DNA of 58,660 nucleotides from an uncultured Rhodobacterales bacterium (GCA_964638245.1 CAZWZG010000002.1:15492-74151); one strand, 5' to 3'; positions 1-8,886 are shown, counted from the first letter of the stretch. Notes: generated by a model not told the origin, from the letters alone. Program-made: numbers and translations.

Positions 1-14
1 CTTTGATGTCGTGA

Positions 15-629
15 CCGGTGACGTTCTGTGGAAACAGCCACGCCGCGACAGCCTCGGAGATGTTCAATGTCCCGATGGAAGAAATGACGCCGGACGTGCG
101 GCGACAGGCCAAGGCCATCAATTTTGGCGTGATCTACGGGATTTCGGGGTTCGGGCTCGCACGGAACCTGCGGATCCCACGGTCCGAGGCCCAAGGGTTC
201 ATCGACCGCTACTTCGAACGCTTCCCCGGCATTCGGACTTACATGGACGACACCGTCGCCTTTGCGAAAGAACACAACCGTGTCGAGACGCTGTTCGGGC
301 GCAAGATCAACACGCCCGAGATCAACGCCAAGGGCCCGCATGCGGGCTTTGCGCGCCGCGCTGCGATCAACGCGCCGATCCAGGGGACGGCCGCCGACAT
401 CATTCGCCGCGCCATGGTGCGTATGCCCGATGCCATCGCGGATCAGCCTGCGAAAATGCTGCTTCAGGTCCATGACGAACTGCTCTTTGAAGTGGACGAA
501 GGCGCGGTCGATACCCTGATCGCCACGGCCAAAGAGGTCATGGAAGGTGCAGCGCACCCGGCGGTCCATCTCGACGTCCCGCTCGTCGTCGATGCGGGCC
601 AAGGCGCAAGCTGGGCCGAGGCCCACTGA
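15..629 (+). CDS. polA: DNA polymerase I, C-terminal polymerase-domain part (5' end not recoverable in this window)
   Basis: ORF 18..629 carries family-A polymerase C-terminal motifs (RRQAKAINFGVIYG, INAPIQGTAADI, QVHDELLFEV, terminal WAEAH). In this frame codon 12-14 is TGA, so the frame cannot be extended to the window edge (see finding). Confidence 0.85.
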   Translation, partial: PVTFCGNSHAATASEMFNVPMEEMTPDVRRQAKAINFGVIYGISGFGLARNLRIPRSEAQGFIDRYFERFPGIRTYMDDTVAFAKEHNRVETLFGRKINTPEINAKGPHAGFARRAAINAPIQGTAADIIRRAMVRMPDAIADQPAKMLLQVHDELLFEVDEGAVDTLIATAKEVMEGAAHPAVHLDVPLVVDAGQGASWAEAH

Positions 630-1519
630 TGAGCGACAAAAGCGCGGAGAACCTGCGCGGTATGCTTCTTCTGACCGTCGCGATGGCGGGCATCGCGGGT
701 CTGGACAGCTTGGGCAAGATTGCCTCGCGACACGCAGACTCCGCTTGGGTGATCACCGGCGTTGGTCTTGGTGCGTTCGTCGGTTTCCTTGTTCTCATGC
801 GTGGACAACAGCCGCTCTTTACCCGCGACGCGCTCAATCCTGCGGCACTGACCCGCACGCTGTGCGAGGCGGGCGCGTCCACTCTGATGATAATCTCACT
901 GGCGTTTGTCCCCCTGTCGATGATCACGGTCCTGATGCAGACGGTACCACTGATGATCACTCTGGGCGCAGTACTGTTCCTCGGCGAGCGCGCGGCATGG
1001 CAGGACTGGGCGGCGCTCGCCGCAGGGTTCGGGGGCATGCTCCTCATCGTCCAACCTGGCAGTGAGGCGCTCGGTCCCGGCATCCTGATCACGGTTGCGG
1101 CCACGATTGGGTTTGCCATGCGCGACCTTGCCAGCCGCGCAACACCAAAAACCGTGACCAACTCCCAACTGGGTGCATGGGGCGGGGGCGCGTTGGCCAT
1201 TGTGGGCCTGATCTGGGCGCTGATCTCGGGCGCAACGCCACCGCCCATGACCCTGGCGACGCTCGGGTTCTTCCTTGCGATTGTCGCTCTGGCCACGTTC
1301 TCGCTCTATTGCGTGACGGCGGCGATGCGGATTGGCGACGTCGCCACGATTGCCCCTTTCCGTTACACGCGGTTGGTGTTCGGCATTGGCCTTGGCATTC
1401 TGATCTTTGACGAAGACCTGAACCTCGCGACCATAATCGGGGGGGCGATCATTGTCGTCAGCGGGCTCTATGTCTGGCAGCGTGAGCGCGTCAGGGCACG
1501 GCGGGCCAAAGCCGCATGA
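629..1519 (+). CDS. DMT-superfamily (EamA-like) transporter
   Basis: 296-aa ORF with about ten hydrophobic helices in two similar halves. Its ATG overlaps the polA stop (TGATG at 627-631). Confidence 0.8.
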   Translation: MSDKSAENLRGMLLLTVAMAGIAGLDSLGKIASRHADSAWVITGVGLGAFVGFLVLMRGQQPLFTRDALNPAALTRTLCEAGASTLMIISLAFVPLSMITVLMQTVPLMITLGAVLFLGERAAWQDWAALAAGFGGMLLIVQPGSEALGPGILITVAATIGFAMRDLASRATPKTVTNSQLGAWGGGALAIVGLIWALISGATPPPMTLATLGFFLAIVALATFSLYCVTAAMRIGDVATIAPFRYTRLVFGIGLGILIFDEDLNLATIIGGAIIVVSGLYVWQRERVRARRAKAA

Positions 1520-2082
1520 ACGATCGCCCTGAGGTCGAAGTTAAGAGTCGGGCCGATTTGCGCGATTGGCTGGAGACGAACCACGCATCCAGCCCATCGG
1601 TCTGGCTGGTGACCTACAAGAAACACACAGACCATTATGTCCCGTTTGAAACGCTCATTGAAGAACTGCTGTGTTGGGGATGGGTGGACAGCCGGACACG
1701 TGGCGTGGACACCGACCGCTCCAGCGTCCTGATCGCTCCAAGAAACCCAAAGTCGGCCTGGTCCGCGGTCAACAAGGGCCTCGTGGACAAGGCGCGCGCC
1801 TCCGGCGCAATGACCCCGGCTGGCGAAGCGCTGATCGAAATCGCCAAGGCCAGCGGCATGTGGACCTTTCTGGATGACGTGGAGCGGCTGGAGCGACCCA
1901 AAGACCTCGAAGCGGCACTTGGTGAACGTATCGAGGCGTGGGAGGCATGGCCGCGCAGCGTCAAGCGCGGCACGCTCGAATGGATCAAGACTGCGAAAAC
2001 TGAGCCCACTCGTGCCAAACGCATCGCCGACGTGGTCACATCCATCGACGCCGGGCTGCGACCGTCGCCTTTCCGGCGCTGA
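1516..2082 (+). CDS. YdeI/OmpD-associated family protein
   Basis: 188 aa. The pattern RADLRDWLETNH..VWLVTYKK..IEELLCWGWVDS..PRNPKSAWSAVNK matches my recollection of the YdeI/OmdA family. ATGA overlap with the upstream gene. Confidence 0.65.
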   Translation: MNDRPEVEVKSRADLRDWLETNHASSPSVWLVTYKKHTDHYVPFETLIEELLCWGWVDSRTRGVDTDRSSVLIAPRNPKSAWSAVNKGLVDKARASGAMTPAGEALIEIAKASGMWTFLDDVERLERPKDLEAALGERIEAWEAWPRSVKRGTLEWIKTAKTEPTRAKRIADVVTSIDAGLRPSPFRR

Positions 2083-2102
2083 CGCTCCCTTCATCTGGAC
2101 AG

Positions 2103-2143
2103 AAATATCCCGGGGGGCTCCGAAGGAGCGGGGGCAGCGCCCC
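2103..2143. repeat. Dispersed intergenic repeat, copy A (AAATATCCCGGGGGG followed by GC-rich palindromes)
   Basis: aaatatcccgggggg (2103-2117), then palindromes ctccgaaggag (2118-2128) and ggggcagcgcccc (2131-2143). Lies between the convergent genes ending at 2082 and 2145. Related copies at 14606-14641 and 48199-48230. Confidence 0.7.
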
Positions 2144-2144
2144 T

Positions 2145-2831
2145 CTAGGGCTTGTGATACGCCTCGCGCGCATAAAAATCGGCAAGCGTTTGGCCTTTTT
2201 TATTCCGAAACGCTCCGTCGTTGGTTAGATCGGCAATACGGTCGACCCGAAACATGCGGAAATCGTCGCGCAACTCGCACCAGCCAACCAGCGTCCAGAC
2301 ATTGCCCCAGAACCAAAGCCCCAATGGACGAACGGGTCGATCCGTTCGGTTGTTATAGGCATCAAAGTAATCGAGGCGCACGCGGGTGCGTCCGTCAATT
2401 GCACGCTCCAGCCGATCCAGCATGGCCCGGGTTTCATCGGCGATGCCGGGGCCTTGCATGGCGTGGATTTCGATCTGTCGGGCCTTTTGTCGCTCTGCCT
2501 CGGGCAGCACGGCTTCGATCTTGACGATGGCTTCTTCAGCAGCGCGCGCCATTTCCACTCCACCCCAGGCGCGGATCATGCGCGCGCCTGCGACAAGGCT
2601 GACAATCTCTTCGCGGGTGAACATCATCGGGGGTAGGTCGTAGCCCGCGCGCATCACATAACCGACACCGGCTTCGCCCTCGATCGGCACGCCCGAGCCA
2701 ATCAGGTCCGCGACATCGCGGTAGATCGTACGCTCGGACACTTCCAGCCATTCTGAAAGCTGCCGCGCCGTGACCAACCGTCCACCCCGAAGGTGTTGGA
2801 CGATCTGGAACAGTCTGTCGGCGCGGCGCAT
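2145..2831 (-). CDS. YafY-family transcriptional regulator (HTH plus WYL-type C-terminal region)
   Basis: 228 aa. The N-terminus MRRADRLFQIVQHLRGGRLVTARQLSEWLEVSERTIYRDVADL is the typical YafY HTH. Confidence 0.85.
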   Translation of the reverse strand: MRRADRLFQIVQHLRGGRLVTARQLSEWLEVSERTIYRDVADLIGSGVPIEGEAGVGYVMRAGYDLPPMMFTREEIVSLVAGARMIRAWGGVEMARAAEEAIVKIEAVLPEAERQKARQIEIHAMQGPGIADETRAMLDRLERAIDGRTRVRLDYFDAYNNRTDRPVRPLGLWFWGNVWTLVGWCELRDDFRMFRVDRIADLTNDGAFRNKKGQTLADFYAREAYHKP

Positions 2832-2834
2832 GGG

Positions 2835-3197
2835 TTAGGCAGCGTTCTCAAAGAGCCCGATGGAATTTCCATCCAGATCCTTGGCATAAACGAAGCGCCC
2901 GACGGGCAGTGGAATGGGCTCTCCAACGATCTCGCCACCGGCTGCGCGACAGCGTTCGGACGCGGCTTCCAGAGTGTCAGGAACGGCGATGTGGACGGTC
3001 GGGCCGTTATCGGTTGCTGGCGTTCCGGGATACAGGTGACCACCAGCGGCATCCATCGAGCCGCCGAATTCCGCCATCGGGTTGGGGCCTTCGTTGTTGA
3101 CGGTCATGTCCCAGCCATAGACGGCGTTATAGAACTTGATGGACGCATCCAGGTCGGTGACGGGGATCTCGCTCCAGACGACGATTGGATTAGACAT
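2835..3197 (-). CDS. VOC (glyoxalase/bleomycin-resistance fold) family protein
   Basis: 120 aa from ATG 3197, with GAGGAG about 8 nt upstream (the longer ORF to 3236 lacks an RBS). MSNPIVVWSEIPVTDLDASIKFY...GRFVYAKDLDGNSIGLFE is VOC-like. Sits 3 nt upstream of the YafY gene. Confidence 0.75.
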   Translation of the reverse strand: MSNPIVVWSEIPVTDLDASIKFYNAVYGWDMTVNNEGPNPMAEFGGSMDAAGGHLYPGTPATDNGPTVHIAVPDTLEAASERCRAAGGEIVGEPIPLPVGRFVYAKDLDGNSIGLFENAA

Positions 3198-3294
3198 TTT
3201 GATTCTCCTCAGTGGTGTTTGCGATGAACCTGTCATCGCACACCCCTGCTGACAGCATTGTGTCAGGATGGTTGTCAGGAGGTCAAGAAAACCC

Positions 3295-4230
3295 TCAGAT
3301 CGTCGGAACCAGATTGATATCCTCGGCCATCAGCACATATCCCGGTGCCGGACCTGCGTTCACAACGAGAACCAGTTCCCCGTCTATCTCAACTTCAAAG
3401 ATCGTGTCGGGGCCATCAGTGTCCGCGGTGACGACGACACTAGGCTCGGGGCCGCTGTAGAGCAGTTCGATCTGGTCGGTGCCATCGTCATAGTCGTTCA
3501 CGACAGGGGCGGCGCCATCGATCCATGCGCCCGAAACAAACGTGTCAGCATCATCGTCATTGGGGCCGCCTTCTTCGCCACCCCAAGCCTGATCGTCGGT
3601 GCCAAGGATCAGCCGGTCGGCGCCGTTGCCCCCGATCATTGTGTCGCGCACATCCGTGTCTTCGCCCAGGACCAACACGCGACCATCCAGCGTATCGTCG
3701 CCCGGATCACCGTCCATCGTGTCCGTTCCGAGGCCACCGATCAGGGTATCGCCGCCTTGGTTGCCGCGCAGGTTGTCCATCCCTTCGCCGCCATCGATCG
3801 TGTCGCTGCCCAAGGCACCCTCGATGGTGTCATCGCCGTCTTCGCCAAAGAGGTCGTCGTCGCCATCGCCGCCGCGGATGAAGTCGTTTTGGTCACCGCC
3901 ACGGATCGTGTCCATGCCTGCACCACCGTAAAGCTCGTCTTCGCCTATGCCGCCATCGATGGTGTCGTTGTCGGCGTTGCCGTCGATGAAATCGTCGCCC
4001 GGTCCGCCAGACAGAGTGTCGTCGCCGCCACGACCAAAGATCGTATCGACCCCAAGCCCGCCATCAAACGAGTTGGCCAGCGCGTTGCCGTCATAGGTGT
4101 CGTCTTCGCCTTCGCTGAAAAGCGTTTCTTCGTTGCCAGGATTTTCTTCGTCATCCGAACTGCCGCCGCCTCCGCCGGCAATACCCGCGACAAGACCCAC
4201 GCCAAGCAGCAACAAAAGTGCTTCGATCAT
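3295..4230 (-). CDS. Calcium-binding RTX-repeat (hemolysin-type GGxGxD) protein with N-terminal hydrophobic anchor
   Basis: 311 aa. N-terminus MIEALLLLLGVGLVAGIAGGGGG, then an acidic tract, then more than 12 tandem nonapeptides of GGxGxDxUx type (GGDDTLSGGPGDDFIDGNADNDTIDGGIGEDELYGGAGMDTIRGG...). Confidence 0.85.
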   Translation of the reverse strand: MIEALLLLLGVGLVAGIAGGGGGSSDDEENPGNEETLFSEGEDDTYDGNALANSFDGGLGVDTIFGRGGDDTLSGGPGDDFIDGNADNDTIDGGIGEDELYGGAGMDTIRGGDQNDFIRGGDGDDDLFGEDGDDTIEGALGSDTIDGGEGMDNLRGNQGGDTLIGGLGTDTMDGDPGDDTLDGRVLVLGEDTDVRDTMIGGNGADRLILGTDDQAWGGEEGGPNDDDADTFVSGAWIDGAAPVVNDYDDGTDQIELLYSGPEPSVVVTADTDGPDTIFEVEIDGELVLVVNAGPAPGYVLMAEDINLVPTI

Positions 4231-4352
4231 TGCAATCCACCTTCACCCAAACTCGCGAGCAAAGTACGTGGGCCAGCGCTCGCCTGTCGACGACAACCTG
4301 ATCTTTTAGTTAATTTTTAGAAGAATTGGCGCGAGTGGGCGACAACTGCATC

Positions 4353-6080
4353 CTAGACAGCGGTCGCAACGACAAGGTCGGTAACACCCGCCAAAAGAAA
4401 AAGCTCGAAAACGATCACGACGCCGAACGCAATACGCGTAAAGATTTCTAGGGCGACCTGGTCTTTGCGAAGGGTCGGCTGGCCTTCTGGCGTTTGTTGC
4501 AAAAGATCGGACGATGGGCCCGCCTTTATACGTTTTGCCATAAGGGCCCGCGCAAGTTGGAAATGACTATCTGACCGCTCAATCCGCTCATTCGAATTGC
4601 AAATGACAAAGAGCGCGAAAACCACGGCGGTGGCCAGAGCGGAGGCTCCCAAGTCCTCCATCAGGCCGCTACCACGGGCGAAAATGGCCTGGAGAACAAT
4701 GAAAAACGCCAAAAGGCACATGAGGATGATTTCTGCCGTTGAAATCGCAGGGGCTTTGGTCCGTACCCAATCTTCCGCGGTGTCCTCAAGGCGCTCGGTC
4801 TCGTCCCTTGAGAGATTCAACTGTTCGATTGTGACTTCGAGGTGTTGCGCAGTTTTCGGTGCGGTCGCGAAATCGGCGTAATACATTTCCTCATAGGCGG
4901 CGATCGTTGAGCGGCACGCATCGCGGCGGTTGTCTGCGGCTTTGCTCAGATAGGATTTGAGTGCGGCGGCATAGGTGTTCGCGCTTTGCTTTTCGCTAAC
5001 TTGCCGCCGCCAAACCCGTTCGAGCATGAACGCCGCGAAAAGCGCATAAAGCGTCAGCGTATAGCCCAGGTATTCAGACGAAGACGGCGCGACATTCGCA
5101 TCGATGAACACGCAGCAACCGAGGAAAAGAGCGATCAGCGCGAGGTTGGCGTAAAGCGAATCCACTGTCCCTGCGTTGATGTGCAAAAGGATGTTGGCGC
5201 AAACGACAAGTAGGATGCCGATCAAGGTCTTCGAATCCGGGTTACTGAAACCGAACGCCACCAGCAGGGCCGCACTGAGCACCGGAATGAAATACGCGAT
5301 CGAAGCAAACGTGTGCCTTTTGCTGTCCGTCAGTGCGATGGTCCAAAGCGTGTTGGCGAAAAACACGTTTGTCACGCCAAGGAAAAGGCCAATTGCCAGC
5401 GAATAATCGGTCGTTGGCGCGGGGATCCCGGAAAACAGGAGAAATCCCACCGAAAGGAGGGCGGCGACGCTCGTCGGGCCTAGGTAGAAGCTTGCCTCGG
5501 GCGCCATGGTCAGCTTCACTTTTTGGGCAAAGACGAAATAAATCGCCGCTGAAAGGGCCGAGGTCAGAGACAGGAAAAGGATCTGTCGGCCTTCACCCTC
5601 GAGCATGGAAGCCTCTTCAAAACCCGTCCCGAGGATAAGGAAAACGATGCCCATGAAGGCCACGGCGATCCATATGTCGTCGAAAAAGCTCGACGCCAGT
5701 TTGAACTCGCGCATCAGCGTGGTTGATCCGAAGTAGAGAATGATTGGCCAAAGATAGTTGATGATCGTCGCCTCGATCGCGAAGACCGAGACAAGGCAAA
5801 AATAAAGCGCGTGGTAATGCACGAAAAGCGCGATGCCGGAGATCACGCTCAGTTTGAAAGTACCGAAGTTGAAATGCGTGGCGGCGATGTCGGCAAAGCT
5901 TTGGCGGCGAATAACCTTCTCGCGTAGAAAAAAGCAGGTGGCGCCAACGATGATCGCATAGGAGGCAATCGCCAGGGCACTTGCCCCTTCGGAAAAGAGG
6001 TTCAAGAACGCGGCCAGCGCGCTCCAGAGCAGGATCGGCACAATGGCGGCAGCATAAGGATTGAGGTTCCGGATTTTCAT
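4353..6080 (-). CDS. Polytopic membrane protein: DMT/EamA-like N-terminal core plus about 270-aa C-terminal extension, function unknown
   Basis: 575-aa uninterrupted ORF in a locally low-GC stretch. The first ~300 aa have two EamA-like halves (..IEATIINYLWPIILYF.., ..SIAYFIPVLSAALLVAFG..). They are followed by extra helices and a ~90-aa charged helical insert. Confidence 0.7.
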   Translation of the reverse strand: MKIRNLNPYAAAIVPILLWSALAAFLNLFSEGASALAIASYAIIVGATCFFLREKVIRRQSFADIAATHFNFGTFKLSVISGIALFVHYHALYFCLVSVFAIEATIINYLWPIILYFGSTTLMREFKLASSFFDDIWIAVAFMGIVFLILGTGFEEASMLEGEGRQILFLSLTSALSAAIYFVFAQKVKLTMAPEASFYLGPTSVAALLSVGFLLFSGIPAPTTDYSLAIGLFLGVTNVFFANTLWTIALTDSKRHTFASIAYFIPVLSAALLVAFGFSNPDSKTLIGILLVVCANILLHINAGTVDSLYANLALIALFLGCCVFIDANVAPSSSEYLGYTLTLYALFAAFMLERVWRRQVSEKQSANTYAAALKSYLSKAADNRRDACRSTIAAYEEMYYADFATAPKTAQHLEVTIEQLNLSRDETERLEDTAEDWVRTKAPAISTAEIILMCLLAFFIVLQAIFARGSGLMEDLGASALATAVVFALFVICNSNERIERSDSHFQLARALMAKRIKAGPSSDLLQQTPEGQPTLRKDQVALEIFTRIAFGVVIVFELFLLAGVTDLVVATAV

Positions 6081-6098
6081 GCCTTGGTCCCGCGCCGA

Positions 6099-6923
6099 TC
6101 ACGCATCGTCGGATTTGTCTTTGGCCGCTTGGCGCGCGGCCCATTCTCGGATCGGCCCATGTTTGCGCTCAGAGCGGGTGAACGCTTCGATGAACGCCTT
6201 TGAGTCGGCGACATAGTCACGGTCGAGCTTGATGTCTTTGAGGCTGCCCTGGGCGACGATCCGATCCGATAGCCCGACGATTTCCTCGGTCACGAACCCG
6301 GTCATGTCGCGGTCGGCAAGCCGTGCGGCTTCTTCGACGATCCAATAGTCGGCTTGCGGGAGTTCGAGGACGAGCGGCACGATCTGTTCTTCTTCGTCGT
6401 CCTCGTCCGGTGGGTGCCATTGCAGGGTGTCGGCAAGCGTTCGGATCGCGTCTTGGTACCGAGCGCCGAGGGAACGGGCCGTATCGTTTGGCAGGGCGGA
6501 CAGGCGGCCCGGATCAGAGTTGTCCGTCAGATCGGCGATCTTGACGCGAATGGCTGGGTGGTCGCGGCTTTCGGCAAGTGCGGCAATCCAAACGGCATAG
6601 CTGCGCGGATCGTCCGGGATGCGCGTCACGGCTTTGACGATGCGGATCACGTCCTCGGCATAGCCAAGACCGCGCAGCATGTCTTCGGTCATATCCGTGT
6701 CTTCAAGCGTGTCGTGGAGCCAGGCGGCGTGATACTCAGCCTTTGTGGCGCGCGGAAAGAGGCGGCGAAGGTTTCGGGACACGCGCACAAGATGCAAGAA
6801 GTAGGGCTGGCCCGCCTTGTCCACTTGGTTCGCATGAAGATGGGCCGCACGCGCGGCGGTCTCTTCCAGTGTAGGGTGGAACGGCCCATCGGTTGGGTCG
6901 AGGGTCAAAAGCGGATTGGACAC
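6099..6923 (-). CDS. HD-domain protein of the RelA/SpoT-hydrolase (HD_4, small alarmone hydrolase-like) type with C-terminal extension
   Basis: 274 aa with a GTG start. Motifs HANQVDKAGQPYFLHLVRV, AAWLHDTLEDT and KIADLTDN give the H..HD..D signature. An acidic linker PPDEDDEEEQ precedes a ~95-aa tail. Confidence 0.75.
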   Translation of the reverse strand: MSNPLLTLDPTDGPFHPTLEETAARAAHLHANQVDKAGQPYFLHLVRVSRNLRRLFPRATKAEYHAAWLHDTLEDTDMTEDMLRGLGYAEDVIRIVKAVTRIPDDPRSYAVWIAALAESRDHPAIRVKIADLTDNSDPGRLSALPNDTARSLGARYQDAIRTLADTLQWHPPDEDDEEEQIVPLVLELPQADYWIVEEAARLADRDMTGFVTEEIVGLSDRIVAQGSLKDIKLDRDYVADSKAFIEAFTRSERKHGPIREWAARQAAKDKSDDA

Positions 6924-6989
6924 GAGCGTTCTAGGGACAAAACTGAGGAATAACTTTGATGTGAAGGGATCGCAGTTTGGCGTTGTCTG

Positions 6990-7226
6990 TCAAGGACGCG
7001 TCACCCATCCGACAAACCGCATGACAAACGGACGCCCAACCAAGAGCGTTGGAAAGGCAATCGACCAGGCCAGCGCCCACGCGCTCATCCAAATGCCAAA
7101 GACGCCCTCCACCGGCCCCGCGACTTTGAATGCGGTCACACCGGTGACCAAGAGCGACATGATGCCCGACATAATGAGCGCGAAAAGGCATACGCCAAAC
7201 CATGGGTGATGCAGGATCGCGCGCAT
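6990..7226 (-). CDS. Small two-helix membrane protein (DUF2798-like)
   Basis: 78 aa. FALIMSGIMSLLVTGV...WMSAWALAWSIAFPTLLVGRPFV resembles DUF2798 as I recall it. Its start overlaps the stop of the upstream gene (TGATG). Confidence 0.55.
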   Translation of the reverse strand: MRAILHHPWFGVCLFALIMSGIMSLLVTGVTAFKVAGPVEGVFGIWMSAWALAWSIAFPTLLVGRPFVMRFVGWVTRP

Positions 7227-7819
7227 CAGATGCCCTCAAGTGCTCTCGAGGGAATGAATGGAAAGAACGTCCCGCCCGAACGCACACCGAACCAGTCTTC
7301 GCCCTCGACCTCGTCCGTTTCGCCGATATCCACAAGGCGGTAGAAGCTTTTGCGATCGATCAGGGCCTCGAGGTTCGACCGGATAAAAATGTACGGTGTC
7401 GGCTCGTCGGTTTGAGGGTCGCGTATTACACGGATCGGGTTGTCGGGACCAGCGGTGGCATGGTCGCCAACGTTGGTCTCAAAGGTGATCGCACCGTCCG
7501 CTGTCTCGAAATCAACGGCGACAAAGGGCGCGTCATCAACCGTTATGCCGACCTTTTCCACGGGCGTGACAAGGAAGTACTTGTCGCCCTCTCGTTTGAG
7601 AATCGTCGAAAACAGGCGGACCAGTTCGGGCCGTCCAATGGGCGTTCCCAAATAAAACCACGTCCCGTCGCGTGCGATCCGAATATCCAGATCGCCACAA
7701 AACGGCGGATTCCAGAGGTGAACGGGTGGCAAACCGCCTTTAGAAGCGGCACGCGCGCTTGCTGCGATGCCTTCTGCGGTCGGCTTCACGGAGTTTTGTG
7801 GATTTGTCGGTTTTGCCAT
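7226..7819 (-). CDS. DUF1285 family protein
   Basis: 197 aa. CGDLDIRIARDGTWFYLGTPIGRPELVRLFSTILKREGDKYFLVTPVEKVGITVDDAPF matches the DUF1285 pattern I recall. Confidence 0.7.
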   Translation of the reverse strand: MAKPTNPQNSVKPTAEGIAASARAASKGGLPPVHLWNPPFCGDLDIRIARDGTWFYLGTPIGRPELVRLFSTILKREGDKYFLVTPVEKVGITVDDAPFVAVDFETADGAITFETNVGDHATAGPDNPIRVIRDPQTDEPTPYIFIRSNLEALIDRKSFYRLVDIGETDEVEGEDWFGVRSGGTFFPFIPSRALEGI

Positions 7820-7878
7820 TTGTGCCGCGCGGGATAGTTCGTTTGTATAGAACCATAAGCCGCAATCAGGAGAATGCC

Positions 7879-8882
<1,004 letters not shown>

Positions 8883-8886
<4 letters not shown>

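Noticed and set aside
11-475. 154-aa +2-frame ORF open to the window edge across the polA region
   Set aside because: The translation is Arg/Pro-rich with no polymerase motifs, while the +3 frame carries the conserved Pol I sequence. It is kept only as context for the polA frame-break finding.
3550-4100. Regular short-period DNA repeats that could be taken for a CRISPR-like or tandem-repeat array
   Set aside because: The periodicity is 27 nt, matching the nonapeptide RTX repeats inside a continuous ORF. There are no unique spacers and no cas genes.
3268-4320. 350-aa plus-strand ORF and several others overlapping the RTX gene
   Set aside because: It mirrors the repetitive GGxGxD coding repeats on the opposite strand. 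The translation is low-complexity (runs of V/A/I/D) with no start context, and the minus-strand RTX reading is unambiguous.
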